This document shows, piece after piece, positions 11,906 to 23,800 of a DNA stretch of 64,000 nt. A model generated the notes under the pieces. It was not told the DNA's origin. It did no database searches and saw only the letters and a list, made by a program, of their open reading frames with translations. Made by a program: the position numbers and the translations under genes. Position 1 is the stretch's first letter. Each line of letters begins with the position of its first letter. The DNA comes from Botryllus schlosseri (taxonomy: Eukaryota), in assembly GCA_051294905.1 (NCBI GenBank), contig CM119382.1, forward strand, positions 10,602,001 through 10,666,000, read 5' to 3'.

Positions 11906-12139
11906 GGTGGCAGCAGTGGGATTCGAACCCACGCCATCGAAATGACTGGTCATTTCGATGGCGTCATTTCGATGGTCATTTCGATGGCGTGGGTTCGAAT
12001 CCCACTGCTGCCACCATGTCAAGATATCTGCTTATTTACAGCGGCGTTTATTATCAAAAGCACAAGCTCAGCTTTATTCAACGAATCCACAATAACAATA
12101 ATAAGCATCCGCCTCCAGCATGTGCCATCGCTGTAGCGA
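11782..12139. repeat. Perfect inverted repeat: 165-bp arms (123 bp LTR + 42 bp tRNA-Leu-derived) with a 28-bp spacer
   Basis: 11782-11946 is the exact reverse complement of 11975-12139. The ORF track gives identical peptides on both strands across it. Confidence 0.96.
11905..12016. other. Reverse-transcribed tRNA-Leu 3' part (variable arm, T arm, acceptor strand, CCA) in both orientations; not a tRNA gene
   Basis: CCAGTCATTTCGATGGCGTGGGTTCGAATCCCACTGCTGCCACCA contains a GTCAT-TTCG-ATGGC variable arm, a GTGGG/CCCAC T stem with TTCGAAT loop, discriminator A and CCA. D arm and anticodon are absent. Confidence 0.9.
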
Positions 12140-12170
12140 GTAGTCTCTCAGTATGGCTCATATCACTACA
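12017..12170 (-). repeat. 5' LTR of element 2
   Basis: Identical to 8328-8481; followed on the minus strand by the PBS. Confidence 0.96.
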
Positions 12171-15100
12171 TCGACTACTATGGTCAATTTGTTATATTTA
12201 CTCCAGGCCGATATTTCTATCATGATCCCTGATCTGCCAACACGGTTCATCTCCCTAGGCTACTGATTTGCATGACAGCGCTTACGCGGATCACCTGGCG
12301 AGGACGAGCCTAGATAAACCCGAATCACGAATTCTGGAGTCGGACTCGCAGCTTGTTGGTCGTTGCGGCTGTGGAGTATACCACGGCGCTATTTCGCAAC
12401 TACGTAAAGTCATCGGCATTAGTACAATACAATGTTCTATATATTTGCAGTCAAGGTCAAGGGTAGCCAGAAAAAATGAGGGGGGCAGAAAATTGATGAG
12501 GTCAAAGACGCCCTCCTTTTGTTGAGGTAAAAAAAAAATTACAAATGGCTCATGACAAAAACTTCGAGGGTAGCCGCAACTCAATTGCGGTAATCGTTTT
12601 AAGCAGTGTTTGGCAACACAATCATACTAACAGAATAGGAAGCTCCCCCTATCTAAAACTATATCAACGACGAAATCCATATTCCCAGTTTCCCACAGCC
12701 TGACAACATATATTCGGGTCGAATTAGGAATATCTTGATTCTATGGGATATCCCTGAGGTCGAACGATCGAACAATATTCATGATTATTACAACAGGCTG
12801 CCAACGAAAACAACTGCTGTGCTGTGTCTAATGTCTAATATAAGTTTACCATTGTAGCCTGTGTCGTGTATTGCAAGTTCACGCAATATATATGAAGAGG
12901 TCAGCACATAAAACTGTTGAACTATTGGATCAAGGATGTTGTAATCGAGGCTCGCGTCATAGCTTGGTAGGAACTAATTGCATCATTAGTGTATTTATAA
13001 TTTGGTTGATGACAACGATAGCTACGAAACTTATGTGTCGTGTCATAAACTTCGGGTAATTGTCAGCACTGTCTATCTGTATCTGATAGCTGTCAATGTT
13101 ACCAGCGTAACCTATTGCCATCGTATATAATATTCAATGATATCAATATTGACAATAGACAATCTAACAAATTTTCTAACTCGTGTTACATAACTCGCTA
13201 CTACTTGGGCCTAATATGTAGTAGCTAGCCTACTTGGGTGCGAAAACAAACACGTAACATGCGCTGGTGTAGTTCCTCAACTATTCAAGTAGTAAGCGAA
13301 TTGTCACAGCCAAATCTAGCCTGTAAAGCACACTGTAAAAAATCTGGTAGATTTACTGGGAAATCTCTGTAAATTTTACCACAAATTACCGGTCGCAGCC
13401 AATTACTGTGCGTAGCTTGTCATTTTACATTTTGATATGTAATATTACCTTAATATAGCTGTAAAGTAAGTTACCAGAATTTCTTCGCAAAATTACTGAC
13501 AGTTACTCGTTACTGCAGTTTACAGGGCTATTGGCAAAATTGATTAGCTTCAAAATCGCTGCAGCCAATGTATACGTAAAACTGAATGTTACTGATATAT
13601 CATTCTATAGAGGTGATTTGACCTGATTGAACCTCGTTTGCGAGACTGGGGTCTGTCATACCGAAATTGTTGGCCCTAGTATCAATTTAAGCTTAGTAGG
13701 GTACAAGAAATAACTGACGATCGTAGCTAATGTGGTACACCGTAGCCATATTATATTATAAGGCTATGGCTGTACGGCCAGTCTCGCTGGTTACATTCGT
13801 TGTCACGGATAAGGCTGATAAGTTAGAAAATTAGTTCAGGATGTATAATATTGCTCGGGGAAACTAGAAATATCAGCACCGCATGCTCAGCTAACCATTT
13901 GTTAATGGCGGACAAGGCGACCTGTAATAGGTTACATTAGGTGACTGCTTTTTCTGAGATTCGTAGTAAACAACCAACGCACAACTGTGACATCACAAGC
14001 AGCGTCTGGTTAGGTAAGTACAGTAAGTAGTGAACAATACATGGAATATACATCAATTTATACGAAATTAGATGAAAAAAGGGACTATATGCAATGATAA
14101 ATGTTTCTGTATGGAAAAAACGACCCAGATCAAACATTATACGTGGCCAGTAAATATTATTGGTGTCATGTGTCAGCGGATGAATACCATTTATTTCGAA
14201 ATCGTTCGAGTGTCGTCTGGCCAGTGGCCATTAGTGAGGTTTGAGCAAAGGGTGGAGCGAAGCTTGTGCTTGAAGAAAGTGAACACGATCGTTGAAGATT
14301 CCTAGGAATGCTGAATGGCATACGCATCTTAAAAGGTAATACAGTACTACATAGTATTTGTTACCGTGAATATCTGACTCTGCACACCAGCCCTCGATGA
14401 CTTAGATTTCATGATTGATATATTTCATTCGCCGCATTCTCTGTTCTATTTTTGGATATTTGTCGACTTATATAGTGACCACATACTCCGCTGCGGAGGA
14501 GTTGAAACTGTTGGCTTGGTAATGTCATTTTCGGGCCATAGCATAGATTTGTTTTCATCCACTGCTGGATTTGTTTGCCACACATGCCACCTTAAATTAG
14601 GAACCTTTTGCTTCAATACAGAGATAAAGTCATGAATCTCTGCTATGTCATGTAAAAGGCGGAGCCGTCATCACACAATGTGCCAGTACCGGTACTTCAA
14701 AACATGTTATATTTTTGTTAGCCTATTTGTCTTAGTCTTTATAATGTCATGTCCACTGTCCAGGTTAGGAACTTTGCTTTATATAGCTACTTACGCACGA
14801 ATTCTTTTTAGTGGAACTGCAAGATACTACTTAAACAGAAGGAATGAGAACGAGAAAAAGAAACAATTGGAAGTTTGGCCGGTGGTGGAATTAATTCACG
14901 TTTTCTTGAGACCACTCGTGTTACTGCATGTCTCCTAAAGAAGAATTAGACCTCCAGCAGCAATATTTTTCCATCGATAACCACTTCATCGTGATATCAT
15001 GAATGAATATACAGTTTATTCCAATGTCGTTTTGTGGATGTGAAGAAAATGTTGCGATATTTTTGCATCGGGTTGCTTTGCGATAGGTATAGATGTACGT

Positions 15101-16566
15101 GAATTTACAAGCTGGTATGTAATCCTGATTTACAGGAACAGCATGTAGGTAGGTAGGCGGTAAAATGACAGTCTCGATCGCAAATGTACAGGAGAACATG
15201 TAGATTAGATATACCGGAGGTGACTGTAACATTACAGTCTGGCGTGTAAAGTGCGATTACCGGACGAGTGTAAGTTAAATTTACATTGACTAACGGTAAT
15301 GTTAGATTACCACGAAATGTCTGGCTACCGTGCTTCCAAACATTTCGCGGTAAATCGAGGTTTTTATTTTTTACAGTGCAGTGGTTCTCAACAGAGGTGC
15401 TCAGTAACGAAGTACTTCTACTTTTTCAAAGTACTCAAGTAGTTTTCCGCTACTTGGGTACTTGCTCAAGTAGATCTAATTTCCCGCTACTTTTACTTCG
15501 TAATATTTTGTGATCCACTTACTTACTTTTCACTATTTTTGGTTTGTCAAGTAGAAGTAGTTTAATCCTCAAATCAGGAAGATATAGCCTGAGGAATTTT
15601 GGGGCTGCTTTCACGGAGCATCAACATTTGATTTTCATATGTATTGAGTAAAGCCCAGAATTTTCGTCGCGCTTTGCGCACAGTGGATATGGAGTGACCA
15701 ATATAATTTCACGAAAGTATCGGTGAATGTAAAGATAGCGGGTTGCGTAGTTCCGTTCACACCGCATTGACGCCCATATGAAATATTTCTTCACAGTATA
15801 TATGGCCCATCATAGCGTTTGAAACTGATGTTTCGCAACAGCCTTTACAAGTCCATGGCATTTCCTAATCTGGAAAATGGGACTCTGACTTTTTTAGCTT
15901 TCGACCTAATTTAGCATAGGCCTACCACCTTTGAAAATTTCTGGACTACGTTTTCCGCTTTTAGAAGTAGTATTTATATTTCTCTTTTAATTTCCAGTAT
16001 CATATACTTTGAGTTTTAATAAGTTTCAGCAGTTGTTTTGTCTGGAGAATATTCATGTTGGAGTGTAGTAAATGGCTTTAATTTCCGGAAATAAAACTAC
16101 ACATGCCATTTTTACGATCTACCATATTTTCATTAACGTTTACTAATCGCGCAACATGTTTACACCGTATCCAATACAACTTCTCCGTATTGCTTTTCGA
16201 CTAAACTATGGATCTTATAATATTGGGGAGGGCGCCATACCATGATATTTTCTTTCGAGTAAACAGAGGATAGTATCGCATTTCTATATCAATACTATCA
16301 TTTTCATCCCATGATGCGACGAATGCTTATATGCTATCGAAAATTGGATACCTCCTGGCATGCATCAATATGAATCAAGCTCGGCACCTTTCGCATAGCT
16401 CAATTTGCAGCCTTTGACAGTCCACGCGAACGAATTACGATCGTTTTCACAACTACTTACTTACTTGAGTAGATTTAAAGTCAGTCAAGTCTACTTTACT
16501 TCAAGTAGTTTTAGGTTGCTTATGAAAGAAGTATATAGGAAGTAGCCGATTATCTTGTATGAAACC

Positions 16567-16798
16567 TAGGGTTACCATACGCCCTCTAAAAGTGACGACT
16601 TTTTTTTCAGTCAACCAACGCAGAATGTGAAAGAAAAACTGTATTTCTGGAGTTGAGCCGGAAAGTAGACATTTTTTTAGTCAACCAACCACAAAGTCGG
16701 GAAAATTACCATTTTCCGAATTTTTTAGTCCACAATTCTAAGTCTGAAAATTTTGAAAAAGTGTCCTCCTTTCCCGATTCCAAAATATGGTAATCCTA
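16567..16798. mobile_element. hAT-type MITE (TAGGGTTACCA family)
   Basis: TIRs TAGGGTTACCA/TGGTAATCCTA; 8-bp flanks ATGAAACC/ATGTAACC (7/8 match). Confidence 0.72.
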
Positions 16799-19700
16799 AT
16801 GTAACCGCCACGGTGTGAAGCATACTAATCATCTCGCTTGATGGAATCACAGATCATAGCAATTGTAAATTGTACATTGTAAATTGCTATGCGGCATAGA
16901 TCAAGTCAAGTATAAAGCTACATTCGGTAGTTCCATATTACCATGCGATTAATAGGCCTATGTACCATTGTACGGCGAATGATTCATTTTATCAACATAT
17001 TTGCCCGACAGAGGGGTTTGACTGTTCGTGGTAATTTTTTGACGTCTGAAAGTTAAACGTCTCGTGATTGATTTAATGCATGAGTGGATATTAATACTAG
17101 CATCGTTTGCCCACTGATCTTGGCGTTTTGTTATGATGGCATTTTTCAAAAGTCGGGGTAGTAAACTGCTCACACTCGGATATTATATAGATACATGAAG
17201 TTGTACCTGTCGGAAGGCAGGCTGATGGTGTTTGGATGATCATAAGATGTTCATCACAAGCCCGCGTTCCTATTTTAGCGATATCATGAAGATATGATGG
17301 ATTGCGTTCCATTGTAGATAATACGCCAACGATTGTGCATTGAAGCGTGGAATTCCTTGCGCTGTCACACCCAAAGTGGTTGCCCAGTCAGAACCATCTT
17401 GAAATACGACAACTTTTGTCCGTAGATTTAAAAAATCGCAGTCAGTCGGTCGTATTCGAAAGTTCTATCTTGTACGAATTATTCAATTATAAATATTAGT
17501 TACTCTATATTGTAAATCAACTCTCACGGTTGCTGTAATAGAATGATTGCACTTCTGACGTATTGTCATCGCGCTCGCGGTGGAATCGCGACAGTGCAAA
17601 TTTCCTGGAAATATGCAATTGCGCTGTGCAGTGCCATGGCCAAATGTATCTATCTACCTCATGCGCGCCTGACCTATCGCATCTTCAGATATAATCAGTT
17701 TGTACGCTAATATTTTCAACGATTGTTTCGTCACGTATGGTTGTATTGGTATAATTACGAACCGGGACCGTAGTAATGAATGAGCTGTATGTTAGTAAAA
17801 CGTTTTGCGCGGCTTTACGTCACTCTCGTCCGCAGTTTTTGTATTTTAGACGAGAATGGAATAGATACAAAGTAGTATTTAACAGATGCAGGAGGTGATA
17901 CATGATTTTTGTCAACTGCGGCGTGACTGTAATTGCTTGATAAAATTTGAATAGGCGGCTTCTGACATGGTTAACCTAACACTGGCAGGGATGTTGGAAT
18001 TTTCTAGTGAATTATTTCGAAAGTAAAATACTGTTGCACGACACCAGACACTGCAGTAGTATAAGCCTATAGTGGGCGATGGACTGGTTATAGTATCAGT
18101 GTGTTATCCTTCTATGTTCTATATAGATGTCAGTATGATCTTTATACTTGAACTGTGGCTGTGGTCGAGCCATAAGTCATGATACTATATCTGCATTGCC
18201 GGATAAAAGTCTTCCTCTTCATTACTTTTACGTTTTGGTAGCTGTCTCTAAAATTGGCGCTAATTGAAATCTTGTCGGCATTCTATAACGAACCATGAAC
18301 CATGTCTTGCATATCTGGATTTATAGCAGTGTCATAAGCAATTATCAATTGTTTGTTTGAGAAATTTTCCTTATTGTGATCATTCGTAGTTACATGAAAT
18401 TAATTCTAGACTACTATTGAATTCAACTTGTAGGATAACGGTTGAATGTCCCATTTTCTTACATATTATATTTGAAATGCAGCACTAACATACTGTTATG
18501 CAGAATAATGTATATATGAGCTTTATTTAAATGTATAATGTAGCAATCTCACATTGATCATTGAGATCGAGATTCCAGATTATTTGGCTAATTCCGGTTC
18601 CGGGTATGATTACATGAGTTGTCTTTGTCTATACCAGGTAGCGTAACCGCTGGTACGATGTGTAGTTCAGTTTGTATGTGACATAATAATGTAGAATACG
18701 GATTAGCTTTATATTTTTTTTAATTTTGCCGTTTTATCGTATGCCCGATTACCAGTGAATTCGTCGCTTGGCGAATTGGACCTGATGAATTTGGTTCTGT
18801 CGATCAGTTGAACACCAGCCATGTGCTGGATTTTAAATTGGGGGGACAATGTGCCCACATGATCCACACTTGCCTGCCTAGTTTTCACTGTAGCATTCTT
18901 GAGTTTACTACACAATATTAATGCGTCACTTTCATACTGATGATAGTTGTTAGTTTTTCGATGCTGAATTGCAATTGCCAAATTCACCAAGTGCCATATA
19001 TGACAATTCCTGCTCAGAGTAGGTGAAACATTCATTTTCATATTTTTAACACAATATTGATGTAATGATGCATCACTTTAGTAATAATAGTAGTTATTAG
19101 TACTTTTTACGTTTCTAATGACGAATTAATCAAGTGTCGAATTCAATATGACAAATTCACTGGCAACCAATAGACCTATTTCAAAGTAGGCTAGAGAGTA
19201 CAATAATTGGATTACCAATCAATCTCATTTGCGATTGATTGCTTCCTTTTTCATACAATTCCGGAAGTAATACCATTATTATACGATTCCTAATCGCTTG
19301 CGTGGTTTATGTTAGGAGATTCGAGGTACAAAGATTTTCCTGTTGATTCACGATGAATCCATCTGAAATATGTTGTCTTAAAAATTATTGCACATGAAGC
19401 ATAAGGCGACCATATTTTATGGTAAATGCATCAGTTGATGTCTTTGTAATTTGATGGTGCGATAAAGTGACTTTGAATATGATGGTATAATTATTTTGCG
19501 AATCATGGGTAGTTATAAATTATGATGTCAACAACACTATAAGCATCTATTTTTTCTAGAATTTAATTGGATAAATTTGGTTAAAACGCAATGAGCGATC
19601 TTCACAGCGCAACTTGCAAATGTGGTCAATAGGAGATCCCCTGCCACAATGGAAATTGAAATAGCAATATCTTGGTTAGGGGCTTTTCGCTATATTGATT

Positions 19701-20779
19701 AATATTAAGTTGGAGGTGATCGATAATGAAATCGATAACATAATCAAAGACTCCGACACACTCACACTTCAAGACTGGTTGATGTTGTTAAAAATTGCGA
19801 GAAATCAATGAAATTATTAAGACGTACGAATATTGTGAATTTGATATCAAGTGAAGAGGATTGCAGTGCAATTGTGTTGTCTGATGCTCAGAAGCAATGA
19901 ACGCGTGGTTCTGAATTTTTTGAAAAAAGTGGTATGTTTTTGCCTTGGGCTATATTTTGAATTTGATACATTTGCAAAGCTATCATTTAATCTGAACAGA
20001 ACTTTCAAGACCACTGTTGTTATATATATGATTGAGTGATTCTAACAGAATGGGCGTTTAAAAATATTGAACAATCCTTTGAGTTGAAAACATTGGGGCA
20101 CTCTGTCACTTCTGTCGATAGGATTGCAGTATAGTGGGCCTGTACATAAGTACATTCGTCTTCTAAAAGTAGGTAGCGACAGCAGTCAGCAGCTAGACCT
20201 ATGCTGTATATCGGTAATCTTGGCTTGTAACGTATGTTGCCTTCAGTTGAGATCTAATCGACAGTCAACAAGTTTTCAATTTTCCAGTGAACTTTGTTGA
20301 CATTCAATCCAGCAGATACTTAGGCCAATCTTTCAAAAGCAAGAGAGTTATGTTCAGTAGTTCATGTATGCCCTTAAAATTGACAGAACAGGATAGCCTA
20401 GAACCAGGATTGCGTCAGATACTAAGTTTAATTTAGATTACGTTGTTAGTCACATTGCATAGAATGAGTGTTGTCGACTGGTTGGTTTCTGTGTCCAATG
20501 TGTCATCACTTGTCGCACATATGGTGTAGGCTTATACCTAGCACACTGCAACAAAACAACATAAATTTATAGTGCCAAGGGAAAGTAAAAATTAATTAAA
20601 ACATGCCCACATTTTAGGCTCAGCATTGAAATGATTGGTAAGCTACTTTACTTTCACATTTTCAGCTCAGTGGCTAGGGTGAAGTGTCTCAATGGATTGT
20701 TTTTTTCACCTCATTACTGGTTGTGAAATTCTTTGAAAATGATTTAGCGATGACTCGATATACTGTCAATTTCACATTT

Positions 20780-20798
20780 CTTTGGTTCTGTATTTCAG
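20780..20798 (+). promoter_or_regulatory. Splice acceptor 31 nt upstream of the ZO-1 ATG (5'-UTR intron or trans-splice site)
   Basis: Pyrimidine tract ending TATTTCAG at 20798; no upstream donor could be assigned. Confidence 0.35.
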
Positions 20799-20829
20799 TT
20801 TTGTATAATATTTATCACAAATACTCGTC

Positions 20830-23800
20830 ATGGGGGAGCAGGTGATTTTTCAGGAGCACACGTACCAAATTGTAAAATCGGGTCAAGGTTTTGGGATTGC
20901 TATCAGTGGCGGAAGAGACAACCCGGCAGTGCAATCTGGCGACCCAGCAATCATCATTTCCGACGTGGTCTTGAATGGACCGGCGTTCAATAGGCTACAG
21001 TATGTAGCCGGATTATGTTGAGGTTTGGTGTAGTACTTGAACAAAATCTGTATTTTCAGAATTGATGATGTCGTTGTCCGTGTAAACAACCAGCCCACGG
21101 ATGGCTGGACACACCAACATGCCGTAAAAGCATTGAAGAATTCAGGAAATTCCGTGCTTTTGGTAAGTTAGATCGTTGTCCATATGTCCAACTTTATAGT
21201 TGAAAATGAAACTACACGTTGGTTTGCCTGAAATATTTCTAGTCCAGTTATATGGTTAAAAGTTCGAGTACATTGCATACACTAGTTGATATGCGCTCCA
21301 AAGATTGATGATAGGGATGTAGTAAGAAAGCCAAATAATTCTATGTAACACTGGCCTTTGTTAAGGAGCTGAATGTTTACATTGTTTGATAAGTAGAGCG
21401 GCTATTGTTGTACTGCTCGTGTTACTATAAACTAATCAGTTAATGGTCTGCGTCTGAATCGCTGTTTTGTAGTATTAAAGAAATCTGTCCATGTTGTGCT
21501 AGTTTCAAGTTTTATTCGGTCTTAAACTTCCTTGACTTATGGATGTCAGGTTTTCAAGATCTTCATTGATTATTGTGTTCTCCATTGGCACATATTCGAT
21601 TTTAATGCATGATAAATCAATGGCAATACATTTTTCATGATCTGTTGACCTGATAGGTGATAGCCTTTTGGTTCAATATAGAATATAGTGGTGGGGACCT
21701 TCGAACCTATTGTATGTTATGACTGATACATCTATGTCGGTATATTTATCATGATCTGTTGACCTGTAAATTGGAAAGTGCTTAAAATTAGTGGGAAGTG
21801 AAGCCATATTATGTTTTACAAGCCGTTTACTCCGGAGTCGTAGGCCTATAATGACATCTGGGCTCGGTAAAATATTTCGGGTTGAATCTGGCTTCATGAC
21901 CACTCGCTAATAAACCTCTCGGTTTCTGGGTAGATGTAGAAGGCTCGTTTCTACCTCTGGTTCGCACAGGTTGAATTAGATTATCTACGGTAACCCTTTG
22001 TGTTCATGCTAACTGCTGCTGTTATAGTGTAATAACTAATCACCACCATACCTAAAATAAATATACATTTCACATGTAGGCTATCCTGCAACATTAGCAA
22101 AATCTGACCCCACCTACTGTAAATTCGTAGACGACACATTTTCATTTCCCATTATATTTTCAGAGAACTTAGCCAATATTTCATGAATTTGATTGTTTTT
22201 GTGTTTGACATATATTAGAATATTTATTGAGTTTTATATATTCCAAGATTCATTGCAAAGTTCTGTTTCAAGACCTAGTTTCGTATTATACACGCGAGTC
22301 TTTTGATCGCTACTTATGGTACATTAAATTGAATAGTTCATTGCATCAACTCTGTAATCTTTAGGTTGTTCTATGTTTGTGGGCCTCTTTCACAAATGAA
22401 ATGCGTGTTTGATTGTGGTAGGTCGCCGCTCTATACGAATTTTGTAATCACGTGATACTTTTTCGATTTACCAGGCCGTAAAACGAAAGACAATCGTCAG
22501 CGTGGACCCCAGAAGGAGAACCCCGTCTCCGGGGACAATGCGCAGGACGAGAAGCCGAGATTTTGACGACGACAGATACGCGCGCAGAAGCGGACGCAGA
22601 AGCTATTCGCCGAGACGGGACCGGTCCAGGAGTCGCGAGCGACGGGGCGGACGATACAGATCGCGGTCCCGAGGCAGGGGCACGAGTCGGAGTAGGTCGA
22701 GGTAAAATTGTTGCGCTATGGTTTGTGGCATTTTTGTGACGGATTCGCACTTTCCTCCTATGCAGGAGTAGGAGACGGAGTTACAGCAGATCGCATTCGA
22801 GGTCTAGTCGCCGAAGTCGGGGCAGCCGATACAGGTCCGCTTCGAGGTTGGTGATTTTAAGTGTTGATGTGTGCTTAACGTACATCGGACACTCGACAAG
22901 TCACTGATCTTTAAACAAAACTCTGCAAGCCTAGTCTTGCAGAAATTTGAATAGGGCCCCGTATAAATATCTCTTATCAAGAAGGCAGCAAAATGAAGCT
23001 TCCATAATTACATTTGAGCTGCATACAATTGGCATGGTTAATATTAGGGTTAATATTGGTTTTTGAAGGGTTCACCTGTCCGCAACATTGTTTTGAAGTT
23101 TTACGGGTCCGCAAGATCAAAAAGGTTGAGAACCACTGGTTTAAACAGTAACCGTTAGTTAGAATGATAAAATGGTAAAAATCGTGCAATGATGTTGCAT
23201 TAGTTAGATATTATGTATTCAGTATAGTGTGATAGTTGAGCTTGTTTTTCCTCTGACAATGCGGGTTTGGTGATGGAAAGAGCTAGTCGCATGTCGTATT
23301 GAATATCCAAGACGTTGTGCTGCTTTCTTTTCGGTACTAACTCAATGGAGTAGCATGACAATTGACAATTCATTAACCGTTACAATATGGCCAACTATCG
23401 TCCTCAAGCTCAACCGGGTTGCTGCCTCTTGTAGCTTAAATTTCAATTTATTTCTATTTTTATAATAAATTAGACCTACTGAGTACTGATGGTAATTTCT
23501 TAGAACATTTTCATGGCCTGCAGGTTAGGAACCCCTGCTTTATTACGATGTATGTTGATTTCAGCAGGACTACATTCTATGCAGTATAATATATTTAGCT
23601 CGATGACCTTTCGTGTGCCTGTTATCAAGAGTTAATGCACAAATAACATGCATATGAGCAGATATTGAAATTAAATCCAATATGGCGGAAGTATGACGTA
23701 TTGGCGTAACAATGTGTGTTTTGAAGTTGGTTTTTGATTGAATACTTGTCGGGTCATAAAGAAACTTGTGCAACTCCCCCAGCACTGCACGTTGACCAGG

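Larger units (their letters stand above)
8328..12170 (-). mobile_element. Young Ty3/gypsy LTR retrotransposon (Mag-like), gag replaced by a tRNA/LTR foldback
   Basis: Identical 154-bp LTRs at 8328-8481 and 12017-12170. 5-bp TSD TCGAC at 8323-8327 and 12171-12175. PPT GAAAGAGGAGGA before the 3' LTR; tRNA-Leu PBS TGGTGGCAGCAGTGGGAT after the 5' LTR; domain order PR-RT-RH-IN. Confidence 0.96.

Noticed and set aside
11947-11988. CRISPR-like or satellite repeat (GTCATTTCGATG x3)
   Set aside because: No spacers, eukaryotic context, and the unit is the tRNA variable arm.
11905-12016. tRNA-Leu gene
   Set aside because: Only the 3' 42-45 nt are present, with CCA and no D arm or anticodon. It is a primer-derived copy inside a retroelement.
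11899-12225. 108-aa + strand ORF (and 8306-8581) as independent genes
   Set aside because: These are translations of the palindrome and the antisense LTR; the same peptide appears wherever the LTR does.
16958-19041. ORFs of 71-110 aa upstream of ZO-1 as exons of a minus-strand gene
   Set aside because: No recognisable domain, no consistent splice chain, and AT-rich codon use. I cannot exclude non-coding 5' exons of ZO-1 in 12.2-20.8 kb.
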